From assembly GCA_035630155.1 (NCBI GenBank), contig DASQLH010000344.1, positions 2,880 to 66,879 of the forward strand: 64,000 bases of DNA, given 5' to 3'. How positions within the stretch are numbered: position 1 is the first letter of the stretch; each line of letters begins with the position of its first letter. A program made the translations under genes and the position numbers. The notes beneath the pieces were generated by a model. That model worked only from the letters and a program-made list of their open reading frames with translations, was not told the origin of the DNA and searched no databases. Positions 20,849-29,811 of this stretch are shown here, piece by piece. Origin of the DNA: Chthoniobacterales bacterium. GTDB lineage: Bacteria; Verrucomicrobiota; Verrucomicrobiia; Chthoniobacterales; UBA10450.

Positions 20849-21369
20849 TGGGATCTCCCGCACCCAGTGCCATGGCCTCAAAGATTTTCGCCCTTAGCGT
20901 CCTCGTGGGGATCATGATGACCACGGCCTGCAAAAAAGCGCCTGAGGTAAAGTCCACCGAAACAAAAGCCGCGGAGCCGGTGGCTGCTGAAATTACTCCG
21001 CCCGGATGGATACGCCCCGAATTGACCTTTCTCCGCAAGCCCGGCATCGATCTGGCCGGGCCCGCCGCCGTGCCTGACGGAGAACCCGACCTGGTCCTGG
21101 AGGTAATTCTTGAGCCGGCGCTTCTCAAGGAAGTCGCAATTTGGGAAGTTCACGGCAATGCAAATCTCGGTTCCTGGACAAGTGCTCCAAACAACCATGG
21201 TTGGTGGTTAATCAAAACGGATCTGGAACCAGAACAAAATCCCAAAGCCAGCCGGTCACGAATTCGGCTGTGCTTCCCCGACAACAACGACCCGCGGTTA
21301 ACCAGGTTGACCGTCAAAGCTTCGCGATCGAACGGCGCCGTCCTGTTCCAGCAAACGGTAAGCAAGTGA
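20848..21369 (+). CDS. putative lipoprotein consisting mainly of the cluster-specific C-terminal domain
   Basis: The ATG at 20848 overlaps the GT2 stop (TGATG); an alternative ATG lies at 20872. Signal/lipobox MASKIFALSVLVGIMMTTAC. The remainder aligns with the C-termini of the 7686 and 16180 products (IDLAGPAAVPDGEPD...WTSAPNNHGWWLIKT...IRLCFPD). Confidence 0.7.
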   Translation: MGSPAPSAMASKIFALSVLVGIMMTTACKKAPEVKSTETKAAEPVAAEITPPGWIRPELTFLRKPGIDLAGPAAVPDGEPDLVLEVILEPALLKEVAIWEVHGNANLGSWTSAPNNHGWWLIKTDLEPEQNPKASRSRIRLCFPDNNDPRLTRLTVKASRSNGAVLFQQTVSK

Positions 21370-21402
21370 GCTTGCGGGAGCGACCCACAGGTTCCCTCGA
21401 AA

Positions 21403-23256
21403 TTAGCCGCTCTGCAGGCGCAACCGCGGCAGCAGCTCAGCGAGGATTTGGGACACAGATTCCCCGGCCGTTTGCTCGTGCGTTCGCACCGCAATTTCCG
21501 GATCTTCCGGCGGTTCGTAGGGAGCGTCGATGCCGGTGAAACCTTTGAGCTGCCCGGCTCGCGCCTTTTGGTAAAGTCCCTTTGGATCGCGCTGCTCGCA
21601 AACGGCCAAGGGCGCATCGACAAAGATTTCCACGAACTCCGCTCCCGCTTGCAAGGCAATGGCGCGTGCCCGAGTTCGATCGGCGCGATAAGGCGAAATG
21701 AAGGAAGTGATCACCACCGTGCCCGCATCCGCCATGAGCTTCGCTACTTCGCTCACCCGCCGGATGTTCTCGGCGCGGTCCTCAGGCGCGAAGCCCAGAT
21801 TCGAGTTCAAGCCGTGGCGCAAGTTGTCGCCATCGAGCACATAGGTGTGCATCGAGAGACGAAAAAGTTCGTTCTCGAGCGCACGCGCGATGGTGGACTT
21901 ACCAGCGCCGGAAAGTCCCGTTAGCCAGACGACCGCGCCGCGATGCTGATTCCGCAGCGCGCGCCGCTCGGCCGTGATTTCGCTTTCGCTCCAGAAAATG
22001 TTCTCGCTCTTGATCTCTTTCCGGCTGGAATAAACCGCACCGGAGATGATCCCGCCCCCCACGAGCGTGCCCCCATCCGCCAGGACAAAGCGGCCCATGC
22101 TCGGCACGCGATCGTGATTATCGAGAACGAGCGGCGCCCGGGTCTGCAGCGTTATTTCGGCGACTTCGTTGATGCGAAGTTCCGCTCGATCGATCGCAGC
22201 GGAATCGAGCGTTGCCGCGTCGATCACTTTGCCGACGGCCGCCACATGGCATTCGACGTCCTGCGTTACCAGTTTTAACCGATAACGCGCGCCGACGCGC
22301 AGCGGCTCGGGTCCGATCCAAAAAACTTTGGCGTGGACCCGATTCGACTCGATCGGTGCATCATTTTCATGCGAAGCGACATGCCCGCGCTCGATGAAAA
22401 TATGGTCGTGCAGAGTGATGCCGATTGACTCACCGGCTCGCGCGGATTCGGGCGAGGCACCACCCCATCGCTCGATTGTGGCCACCCGCGCCGTCTTGTT
22501 ATGAGGCGAGAAGAGAAGCTGATCGCCAACCCGCAAAGTTCCAGATTCGATCCGGCCGGCAAAGATGCGGCGGTTCTCCATCCGATACACATCCTGGATG
22601 GGAAAACGGAGCGGCTGTTTTTCGGCAGAGGCGGGTGCGGGGAGTTCGTCGATCGCCTGGAGCAAATTGCGTCCCTTGAACCACGCCACGGTCGCACCCC
22701 CCTCGCGCGTGACATTCACGCCCGTGCTCGACGAGATCGGGATGAAAGCGTCGGGTTTCAGTCCCAGCTCATGCAAGAATGCAGAATAGTTTTTCTCGAT
22801 CTCGCGAAATGGCGCTTCCGCATAATTCACCAAATCCATTTTGTTCACGGCTATGATCAGCTGCTGAATCCCGAGCAGACTTAGCAACTGCCCGTGCCGG
22901 CGGCTTTGTTCGCGGACGCCTTCATCGGCGGCGATCACCACCACCGCGGCATCGGCGCTGGCCGCGCCCGTGATCATATTCTTGAGGAATTCCTGGTGGC
23001 CCGGCGCGTCGATGATGACGTAATTGCGGCGCGCGGTGCGAAACTGGATCTGCGTCGTATCGATCGTGATATTTTGCTCCTGCTCCTCGGAAAGCGCATC
23101 GAGCACGAACGCGTATTCGAACGGCCGGCCCTGCGCCTGACTGCTCGCCCGCAGCGCCTCGATCTTCCCCTCGGGAAGCGACCCCGTTTCCTCCAGGATC
23201 CGCCCGATCAAAGTCGATTTGCCGTGATCGACGTGGCCGACGAAAACGAGCTTCAC
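21403..23256 (-). CDS. cysNC: bifunctional sulfate adenylyltransferase subunit 1 / adenylylsulfate kinase
   Basis: N-terminal GTPase [16 protein letters not shown] and DAPGHQEF. C-terminal APS kinase P-loop [14 protein letters not shown]. Confidence 0.93.
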   Translation of the reverse strand: MKLVFVGHVDHGKSTLIGRILEETGSLPEGKIEALRASSQAQGRPFEYAFVLDALSEEQEQNITIDTTQIQFRTARRNYVIIDAPGHQEFLKNMITGAASADAAVVVIAADEGVREQSRRHGQLLSLLGIQQLIIAVNKMDLVNYAEAPFREIEKNYSAFLHELGLKPDAFIPISSSTGVNVTREGGATVAWFKGRNLLQAIDELPAPASAEKQPLRFPIQDVYRMENRRIFAGRIESGTLRVGDQLLFSPHNKTARVATIERWGGASPESARAGESIGITLHDHIFIERGHVASHENDAPIESNRVHAKVFWIGPEPLRVGARYRLKLVTQDVECHVAAVGKVIDAATLDSAAIDRAELRINEVAEITLQTRAPLVLDNHDRVPSMGRFVLADGGTLVGGGIISGAVYSSRKEIKSENIFWSESEITAERRALRNQHRGAVVWLTGLSGAGKSTIARALENELFRLSMHTYVLDGDNLRHGLNSNLGFAPEDRAENIRRVSEVAKLMADAGTVVITSFISPYRADRTRARAIALQAGAEFVEIFVDAPLAVCEQRDPKGLYQKARAGQLKGFTGIDAPYEPPEDPEIAVRTHEQTAGESVSQILAELLPRLRLQSG

Positions 23257-24068
23257 ATGAACCCCTTTGCTCGCAGCTTTTGCATCGCATGCGGCTCATA
23301 ATGATCTTGCGCGCGGCCGGCGCGCTCGCTGGATCTTGTTTGCTCGAGTTCGGCAATGATCGCGTCAATTGTCGTCGCGTTGCTTGGAATCGGATGAGTG
23401 ATGGGCATGCAGCCTAACGAGCGGAAGCGCTGGCCGTTTCGCGCAAAATAAAGAGGCGGGATGGGAATATTCTCGCGCTGAAGGTAGCGCCAGATGTCGA
23501 GCTCCGTCCAATCGAGCAGCGGTTGCACGCGCAGGTGTTCGCCCGGCGCGTTCTTCGTGGCGAATTGTCCCCAGAACTGCGGTGGCTGATGTTTGTAGTG
23601 CCACTCGGAATCGGCATCGCGCGGTGAGAAATAACGTTCCTTCGCCCGGGTCGCATCCTCGTCGCGGCGGATGCCGGTAATGAGCGCGTCCCACTTGTGT
23701 TCCGCGATCGCCTGCTTCAACGCGACGGTTTTCAGCTCGTGCGTCACCGTCACCGGATCGTGCGTCTCATAACCGATGCCGCGCGCGCGCGCTTCGGTGT
23801 TCACCTTCACGATCACCGTGATGCCGTATTGCTTGATCGCCCATTCGCGGAATTCGAGCATCTCCGGAAACTCGTAGGTCGTGTCGATATGCAAAAGCGG
23901 ATACGGGACCTTGCCGAAAAACGCTTTGAGCGTAAGCCACAGCAGGACGTTGGAATCTTTGCCCATCGACCAGGGCATCGCCAGGTTGCGAAAAGCGTGG
24001 CTCGCCTCCCGGAGAATGAAAACGCTGTGGTTTTCCAGGGCGTCGAGATGTGTGTGCTCGCCTTTCAT
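23253..24068 (-). CDS. cysD: sulfate adenylyltransferase subunit 2
   Basis: [21 protein letters not shown]...[11 protein letters not shown] (PP-loop), [15 protein letters not shown], and C-terminal SERAGRAQD...[12 protein letters not shown] overlap with cysNC. The longer ORF-track version reads through the tRNA and is rejected. Confidence 0.92.
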   Translation of the reverse strand: MKGEHTHLDALENHSVFILREASHAFRNLAMPWSMGKDSNVLLWLTLKAFFGKVPYPLLHIDTTYEFPEMLEFREWAIKQYGITVIVKVNTEARARGIGYETHDPVTVTHELKTVALKQAIAEHKWDALITGIRRDEDATRAKERYFSPRDADSEWHYKHQPPQFWGQFATKNAPGEHLRVQPLLDWTELDIWRYLQRENIPIPPLYFARNGQRFRSLGCMPITHPIPSNATTIDAIIAELEQTRSSERAGRAQDHYEPHAMQKLRAKGFM

Positions 24069-24079
24069 TGAGCTGAGAG

Positions 24080-24152
24080 AGCCGGCAGACGGATTCGAAC
24101 CGACGACCTGCTGATTACAAATCAGCTGCTCTACCAACTGAGCTATGCCGGC
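24080..24152 (-). tRNA. tRNA-Thr (anticodon UGU)
   Basis: The reverse complement reads GCCGGCATAGCTCAGTTGGTAGAGCAGCTGATTTGTAATCAGCAGGTCGTCGGTTCGAATCCGTCTGCCGGCT. It has a 7-bp acceptor stem, D arm GCTC/GAGC, anticodon stem GCTGA/TCAGC with loop TTTGTAA, and a TTCGAAT T-loop. CCA is not encoded. Confidence 0.9.
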
Positions 24153-24334
24153 GTTTGCGAGGGACGTTCCCGCGTTCTCTCTGGCGAGGCAAGTCGAATC
24201 CGCCACTGCGCGCAACGCCCGCGCTGTCTTTAATTGGAGTTGCCTCCGGTGTGCCCGGGTGACACACTGGATCCCAATCCCCCTCTCCCCTGCGGCATCC
24301 GCCAAAATTCGAAAGGGGGTCCAATTCGACCTCT

Positions 24335-25015
24335 ATGTTTACGGACGCGACTCACATCAGGATCAACGGCGAACGCGGCGTGCTTTACACCGGAGATGGT
24401 GACCGGCTTTACGTGCGCTTCGGGGGATCCGTCACGTGGCGCAACTTCAATCCCGGCGCGCTCGAATCGAGGGGCGGATTCAGCGAACGTCACGGCGCCA
24501 TTAATATCATTCAGCGTTACGCCGTATTTCCGGACGAGATGATTGGATGGAACGCGCTCATGGCTCTGCTGGTCGGCCCGAGTTACATTGACCTCACGCT
24601 CTGGACGTTTGTTCGCCGATATTACGGGAGCGGTCCCGAGCTGGCTTCCTATCGCCAGGCGGTCCAAAGGACTTTTCCGGCCCTTAATCTCCACAAAGTC
24701 CACCTGCGGGAATTATCGAGTGGCCAGCTGTCGCTGCTCGCCGAGACGATTAAGACGCAGGAAGGTTGGAGACCCGGGAAAGCGAACGACATGCAGCGCG
24801 TGATCGCCACCCGCAATAAGTCCAAAAGTGATAAGACGTTGGCTCATTTTCAGCTCGAAGGCAGCGGTGGCTTCATCACCCTGGCATCCGCCATCTCCCA
24901 AACACGCCAGGGCAAGATCTACGCGGTCGTGGTCGAGGCGAGCACTCCCTACCTGCGGTCGTTTCCCGGATCAGAGGAGAATTTCGACGACATCGTTGTT
25001 CCCAATCCGTCGTAA
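24335..25015 (+). CDS. hypothetical protein
   Basis: 226-aa ORF with coding-like composition and no signal peptide. I recognise no family; the only motif noted is WRNFNPGAL. Confidence 0.55.
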   Translation: MFTDATHIRINGERGVLYTGDGDRLYVRFGGSVTWRNFNPGALESRGGFSERHGAINIIQRYAVFPDEMIGWNALMALLVGPSYIDLTLWTFVRRYYGSGPELASYRQAVQRTFPALNLHKVHLRELSSGQLSLLAETIKTQEGWRPGKANDMQRVIATRNKSKSDKTLAHFQLEGSGGFITLASAISQTRQGKIYAVVVEASTPYLRSFPGSEENFDDIVVPNPS

Positions 25016-25028
25016 AACGCGGGAAAGG

Positions 25029-25619
25029 TTGGTGAGCGTCTTCGTCTGCGCCATCGCCTGGCTGCTCCTGCTCTGCCCTGCGGTCGCGGCCGATCCTACG
25101 GCCAGGGAACGATACGCGCCCGAGCCCGCTGACGGGTATCCGCAAATCCTCCAGAGACGCGATTACCGCACGATTACCTTTATCGAAGCGTGGTACAAAA
25201 AGTTGTCGGCGCTCGCCCCGGCGCGTCCGTGGCCAGCGACTGCGCGCGCTGAGATGGATCACGGTGCGCTTCTGATACGCTCGCAGACGGAAGCGCAAAC
25301 GGCCGTCGCCCTTCGGATGGAAGACGAGAAACGCGTCCTCCTTGGCGGCCGGCCGTTTGATGACTCGGCGACCGCAATCCTTTGCTCTACTTTGCTCAAG
25401 ATCTTTTCCGACTTGGAAAAATCGGAGAAATGCCGGCAGGTAAGCTTCGCTCAATTTGCCACGAGAACGTATCGCAGGCGCACTCTGATCGCTTTCGACT
25501 TTGGTCCGCGCGTGCTCGAGATTGATTGCCTGTCGAACGGTCCCGAGGACGACGAGCGCCTCTACATCCTGGATTTAATCGATCGCTCAGAGTCCTATTT
25601 TTGGCCCAACGGCCACTAG
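25029..25619 (+). CDS. hypothetical secreted protein
   Basis: The ORF-track start at 24828 overlaps the previous gene by about 190 nt. A TTG/GTG at 25029/25032 follows GGGAAAGG and yields the signal peptide VSVFVCAIAWLLLLCPAVAA. Confidence 0.5.
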   Translation: MVSVFVCAIAWLLLLCPAVAADPTARERYAPEPADGYPQILQRRDYRTITFIEAWYKKLSALAPARPWPATARAEMDHGALLIRSQTEAQTAVALRMEDEKRVLLGGRPFDDSATAILCSTLLKIFSDLEKSEKCRQVSFAQFATRTYRRRTLIAFDFGPRVLEIDCLSNGPEDDERLYILDLIDRSESYFWPNGH

Positions 25620-25642
25620 CTCACGAGACCCCGCCGCTTCGC

Positions 25643-26332
25643 CTACAAGCGGGAGCGCACGTCCACCGTTAGCGGCTCGGCCGTTTCAAGGGTCTTGATT
25701 ACCGTGCTGAGATAAACGGACTCGGGATAATACGCCTTGTACTTTGTGATCTCCGCCCGGTTCATCACCTTGAATCCATAGCGCTCGAACATCTTCTCCC
25801 CGCGCCGGCTCTCGAAGGTGACAATCTGGCCATAAACGTGTTTTTCGCCGCAACCGTAGAGATAGCTAAAGTACGCGCTCAAGAGCGCGCGCGTGGTCGA
25901 CATCTTGCGCGCATCGGGCAGGAGGTTGATGTGGAAATGCGGGGTGCGGCGCGGCGCGGCGGGCACTTCGCGCCAGCCGTGGCTGATCATCCAGCGGATG
26001 AAGCGCTTCGAGCGCTCATCGTAACGCGGATAGCGCCAGAGCGCCCGCAAGAAGAGGCGGACATTCTGTCGAAAAGAATAGAATTGGTTCCAGAGCGGCT
26101 TGCGCGAGCCGAGCAGGTAGCCGCGGATTTCGCCGTTCACTTCCAGCACGAACGACGATTCCGGCTCCTTGTCCGTGTAATAGGTCGTAAGGAAATCCGC
26201 GAACAATTCGTGGTCGTGAAAAACGGGATCGATCGGGTCGCCGAGGAAGCCGGTCTGGCAACACAAACGCCGCACCGCCGCGCGGTCGGTCGCGCGGTAA
26301 CTGCGGATCGTGAATGCTTTTTCCTCTTTCAT
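25643..26332 (-). CDS. GNAT-family N-acetyltransferase
   Basis: The ATG at 26332 (MKEEKAFTIRSYRATDRAAVRRL) forms an ATGA overlap with the upstream GT4 stop. GNAT-like core LEVNGEIRGYLLG ... ERYGFKV. Confidence 0.7.
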   Translation of the reverse strand: MKEEKAFTIRSYRATDRAAVRRLCCQTGFLGDPIDPVFHDHELFADFLTTYYTDKEPESSFVLEVNGEIRGYLLGSRKPLWNQFYSFRQNVRLFLRALWRYPRYDERSKRFIRWMISHGWREVPAAPRRTPHFHINLLPDARKMSTTRALLSAYFSYLYGCGEKHVYGQIVTFESRRGEKMFERYGFKVMNRAEITKYKAYYPESVYLSTVIKTLETAEPLTVDVRSRL

Positions 26333-27522
26333 CGGCTCAACCCTTTGTACGCTGCGCAGACCTCGCGGTAAATGCAAAACAACCGCTCGAAGACGCGGGG
26401 CCACGCATACCGCTCGGCCGCGGCCTGGGCGGCGGCGGCTCCCATCGCTTTCAGGTCGCCCTTTGCGAATTGCTCGATCGCTTCCGCCAGCGCTTCCGGG
26501 GTATTCTCGCGCGCCCAGAGATCCTGATCGTGGAAAATGATCCGGTCCATTTGCGATCCCCGAATCCCGACGACAGGAGTAGCACAGGCCTGGCTCTCCA
26601 GCGCCACGAGTCCGAATGTCTCTTGCGTGCCCGGGTGAACGAACACGTCTGCCGCGCGATAGAAGCGCGCAAGTTCCAGCGAGTCGGTGCAGTACTGAAT
26701 CCATTTAACGTTTCCCGTTTGCGTCTCCAGGCGGCGCAATTGTTCTCGTTGGGGGCCGTCACCGACGACCAGCAGATGGAACTCGCCGGCCTTGGACTTC
26801 GCCGCCAAATTCTTGAAAGCCTTGAAAAGCACTGCTGTGTTTTTTTCCGGCGCCAGGCGGCCGACATACAAAAGAAGCTTCGACTGAGGTGCGATCCCAA
26901 GCGCGCGGCGCGTGTCGGTGGGGTCGTCGGAAGTCGGAGAAAATCGCTCCGTGTTCACGCCGAGATTTACTTCACGAACGTTGCGGACCCCCCATTCTTT
27001 CAGCACGCTCGCGAGCTGCGGCGACGGAACGAGCGTCGCCTGGAAGCGATTGTAAAGTTTCCGCACGTAAGAGCGCGACGCCGCCATCAATGATTTGGCT
27101 CCGCGTTTCCCCAGCAATTTTGCCGCGCCGCGCAGATACGCTTCCGGAAAATGCGAATGGTAAAACGCGACAACTGGAATTCGCAGCGCCTTGCCGGCCG
27201 ATGCCGCTTTCCAACCAACCTGATAAGGGTCGGCCGATTCGATAATGTCCGGTCGCTCCCGTCTCAGGATTTCGCCGACCGCGCGCAGATTTATGAGGGC
27301 GCGGTAGCGGGACGTTCGAGAAACCAGCGGCGAACGGATGGAATAAATTCGGGAACGTTCGCCGGCTACAACGTCCGTTTTCTCGCCCGGCACAATGAGA
27401 ACGTGTTCGTCGTCCGGTGAACGCTTCTGGATGTGTTCTATCTTCTCGTGGACGTAGCGTTTCACGCCGCCACTGAGCGGTGAGTAGAATTGAGTGAGAT
27501 CGCAGATCTTCAACGGCTCCAC
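26329..27522 (-). CDS. glycosyltransferase family 4 (GT-B)
   Basis: GTG start. N-terminus FYSPLSGGVKRYV. C-lobe QETFGLVALESQACATPVVG (EX7E). Confidence 0.85.
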   Translation of the reverse strand: MEPLKICDLTQFYSPLSGGVKRYVHEKIEHIQKRSPDDEHVLIVPGEKTDVVAGERSRIYSIRSPLVSRTSRYRALINLRAVGEILRRERPDIIESADPYQVGWKAASAGKALRIPVVAFYHSHFPEAYLRGAAKLLGKRGAKSLMAASRSYVRKLYNRFQATLVPSPQLASVLKEWGVRNVREVNLGVNTERFSPTSDDPTDTRRALGIAPQSKLLLYVGRLAPEKNTAVLFKAFKNLAAKSKAGEFHLLVVGDGPQREQLRRLETQTGNVKWIQYCTDSLELARFYRAADVFVHPGTQETFGLVALESQACATPVVGIRGSQMDRIIFHDQDLWARENTPEALAEAIEQFAKGDLKAMGAAAAQAAAERYAWPRVFERLFCIYREVCAAYKGLSR

Positions 27523-27585
27523 TGTAGCCGCTTCGCCATGCGAAGCGCGAGCACAGCGCGGCTCGGTGCGGCGGCTACAGGCTAC
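27522..27585. repeat. intergenic palindromic repeat, copy A (CTGTAGCCGC ... GCGGCTACAG)
   Basis: Terminal inverted decamers lie at 27522-27531 and 27571-27580, with an inner hairpin GCTTCGC-cat-GCGAAGC. The first ~33 nt are near-identical to 51394-51426. Confidence 0.7.
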
Positions 27586-28505
27586 TTCCCCAATCCGCTG
27601 AGATACTTTTCCGCCTCCATCGCGGCCGCACAGCCGGACCCGGCCGCGGTAATCGCCTGTTTGTAAACCCGATCGGCCACGTCACCGGCGATGAAAACGC
27701 CCGGGTGCTTGCTTTCCGCGAGATGCCTGACCAGGAGATAACCATCCGGGTCCGTCTCCAGTTTTCCCTGGAACGCTTTCGTGTTCGGATCGTGTCCGAT
27801 GGCGACGAAAACGCAGGCGACGGGCAGCTCTCGCTCTTCGTGAGTAATGACGTTGCGCAACCTCACGGCAGACATCTCTCCCTTTTCATCGGGGACATAA
27901 CGCGTGACGACCGTGTTCCAGATCGGCTCGATCTTTTCGCAGGCGAGGACGCGGTCCGCCATGATCTTGGAGGCGCGCAGCTCGTCGCGCCGGTGGATGA
28001 GATAAACCTTTGAGGCGAAGCGGGTGAGGAAGAGCGCTTCTTCAGCCGCGGAATCTCCGCCACCGATCACGCAGACAGGCACGTTCCGGTAAAACGCGCC
28101 GTCGCAGGTCGCGCACGACGTGAGGCCATGGCCGACGAGCTTCTCCTCATTCTCCAACCCCAGCCACCGCGCCGAGGCGCCGCTGGCCACGATGAGAGCG
28201 CGCGTCTCCAGCCATTCGTCATCGGCTTTGATGCGAATATGATCCGCGAGCGGCTCGAAATCGGTCACCACCGAATAGGCGAAGCGGGCGCCGAATTTCT
28301 CCGCCTGCGTGTGCATGTTGATGATGAGCTGCGGTCCATCGATTCCTTCCGGGAAACCGGGGAAATTCTCGACCAACGTCGTCGTCGAGAGCTGACCGCC
28401 AGGCTGAGTTCCTTCGAGCACGAGCGGACTCAGGTTCGCGCGCGCGGCATAAATCGCCGCCGTCAATCCCGCGCACCCGCTCCCGACGATGATCACTTTC
28501 TCCAT
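27582..28505 (-). CDS. trxB: thioredoxin-disulfide reductase
   Basis: MEKVIIVGSGCAGLTAAIYAARA (FAD motif), the redox CATCDG motif and VIGGGDSAAEEA (NADPH motif). Start chosen at the ATG at 28505. Confidence 0.93.
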   Translation of the reverse strand: MEKVIIVGSGCAGLTAAIYAARANLSPLVLEGTQPGGQLSTTTLVENFPGFPEGIDGPQLIINMHTQAEKFGARFAYSVVTDFEPLADHIRIKADDEWLETRALIVASGASARWLGLENEEKLVGHGLTSCATCDGAFYRNVPVCVIGGGDSAAEEALFLTRFASKVYLIHRRDELRASKIMADRVLACEKIEPIWNTVVTRYVPDEKGEMSAVRLRNVITHEERELPVACVFVAIGHDPNTKAFQGKLETDPDGYLLVRHLAESKHPGVFIAGDVADRVYKQAITAAGSGCAAAMEAEKYLSGLGK

Positions 28506-28629
28506 AAGGAAACGTAGCACACCGCGCAAGGGAACACAGACTTGCAACTTGCAGTCTGTGCGTCCCGCAAGTTTTCTACCTCCGCCCTTACCTTAATCGA
28601 CAGGATGAATAGGTTGGCTATTTTGCGCG

Positions 28630-29424
28630 ATGCCGGAACTGGCCGAAGTGGAATTTTATCGCAGGCAATGGGATCCCGGCCTCGGCCAGAAGATCGCGAC
28701 GGTAGAACTGCACGCCCAGAAGAGAATCTTTCGCGGCTCGGATCCGCGCGTGCTGAAGCGGGAATTAACCGGGTGCCGTTTTCTGCGCTCGTTCGCCTGG
28801 GGGAAGCAGATGCTCTTCGAATTCTCCGGCGGCAACTGGATTGGCCTTCACCTCGGCATGACCGGCAAATTGCGGATCGAGCCGCCCCGCTTTCGTCCCG
28901 AGAAGCATGACCACCTTGTCTTGCGCCAAACCAAACGTGCCCTCGTTTTCCGCGACGCTCGGCTCTTCGGACGCGTGCGCTTTCATCACGGAAAAACGCC
29001 TCCGGATTGGTGGCGATCGGGCGCGCCTGACATTGCATCCGAAACATTCGATCGCGCATTCCTCGACGCGTTCCTGCGGCGCCATGCGCGCGCCCCCGTG
29101 AAAGCCGTTCTGTTATTGCAAAGCGGCTTTGCCGGCATCGGCAACTGGATGGCCGACGAGATTCTTTGGCGCGCGAAGATTTCCCCGCTGGCCCCGGCCG
29201 GGACCCTCTCCGCGGCGCGGCGCGCGCGCTTGTTCAACGAGACCCGCTTCGTCGCGAGCGAATCTTTGCGCATCGTCGGCCCCGATTTCGCCGATCTGCC
29301 CCGTGATTGGCTCATCCATCAAAAGTGGAAACGTGAAGGCGTCTGTCCGCAGCATCGAACGCCGTTGCAGAAAGCGATGATCGGCGGTCGGACAACGGCC
29401 TGGTGCGTGCGCTGCCAGAGATAG
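28630..29424 (+). CDS. mutM: Fpg/Nei-family DNA glycosylase (formamidopyrimidine-DNA glycosylase-like)
   Basis: N-terminal MPELAEVE (catalytic Pro2/Glu3 context), an H2TH region and a C-terminal zinc finger C..H......GRTTAWCVRCQ. Confidence 0.85.
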   Translation: MPELAEVEFYRRQWDPGLGQKIATVELHAQKRIFRGSDPRVLKRELTGCRFLRSFAWGKQMLFEFSGGNWIGLHLGMTGKLRIEPPRFRPEKHDHLVLRQTKRALVFRDARLFGRVRFHHGKTPPDWWRSGAPDIASETFDRAFLDAFLRRHARAPVKAVLLLQSGFAGIGNWMADEILWRAKISPLAPAGTLSAARRARLFNETRFVASESLRIVGPDFADLPRDWLIHQKWKREGVCPQHRTPLQKAMIGGRTTAWCVRCQR

Positions 29425-29439
29425 GCGCGTGCCCCACGC

Positions 29440-29763
29440 TTATTTAGCGTCCGCCGTGATTGTCCAGGTCTGCGGCAGCTCGTGCGACGGGAAGAAAGAA
29501 ACGATCGTGAAGAGGAGCCCAACGCCCGCGGCGCCAGCGAGGAAGCAGAGCGGATAGAGCACCATCATATCGGGATTTTCTGCCGCTTCCGGGCCTTCCG
29601 TCAGGACGACATAGACCCCATAACCGAAGCCGGCGACAATCATGCTGCCAAACCAGGCGAGGACGACGGCGAGTTGCATCCAAACGGTGGTTCCCCATCC
29701 CTTGTTACGCAGATTGGTTCCCATTTTCTTCCACAGGAAAGAGAGAAGGAGGATTTCGATCAT
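29440..29763 (-). CDS. small integral membrane protein, unknown function
   Basis: 107 aa from the ATG at 29763, with three hydrophobic spans. Directly downstream of the zinc-ribbon gene. Confidence 0.5.
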   Translation of the reverse strand: MIEILLLSFLWKKMGTNLRNKGWGTTVWMQLAVVLAWFGSMIVAGFGYGVYVVLTEGPEAAENPDMMVLYPLCFLAGAAGVGLLFTIVSFFPSHELPQTWTITADAK

Positions 29764-29811
29764 AATGGTTATGTTTTTATTGGGTTCGATTCTGAGGAGC
29801 GGCAATCGTGA

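Noticed and set aside
21403-24068. cysD-cysNC (PAPS synthesis) functionally linked to the adjacent glycan cluster, implying a sulfated glycan
   Set aside because: No sulfotransferase-like gene is recognisable in the cluster, and the cys genes are transcribed separately. Adjacency alone is insufficient evidence.
24069-24305. N-terminal extension of the cysD ORF (the ORF track gives 350 aa from 24305)
   Set aside because: The extension translates straight through the tRNA-Thr gene (…AGIAQLVEQLICNQQVVGSNPSAGS…). The CysD homology begins at MKGEHTHLD (24068).
24080-25619. Classical tRNA-targeted genomic island for the orphan gene pair
   Set aside because: The orphan genes lie on the 5' side of the tRNA, whereas integrative elements normally insert at the tRNA 3' end. 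No integrase and no direct repeat of the tRNA 3' end was seen.
26333-26704. Long N-terminal extension of the GNAT ORF (353-aa version)
   Set aside because: It lies entirely inside the better-supported GT4 gene in another frame and is Arg/Gly-rich. The ATG at 26332 gives a classic ATGA coupling.
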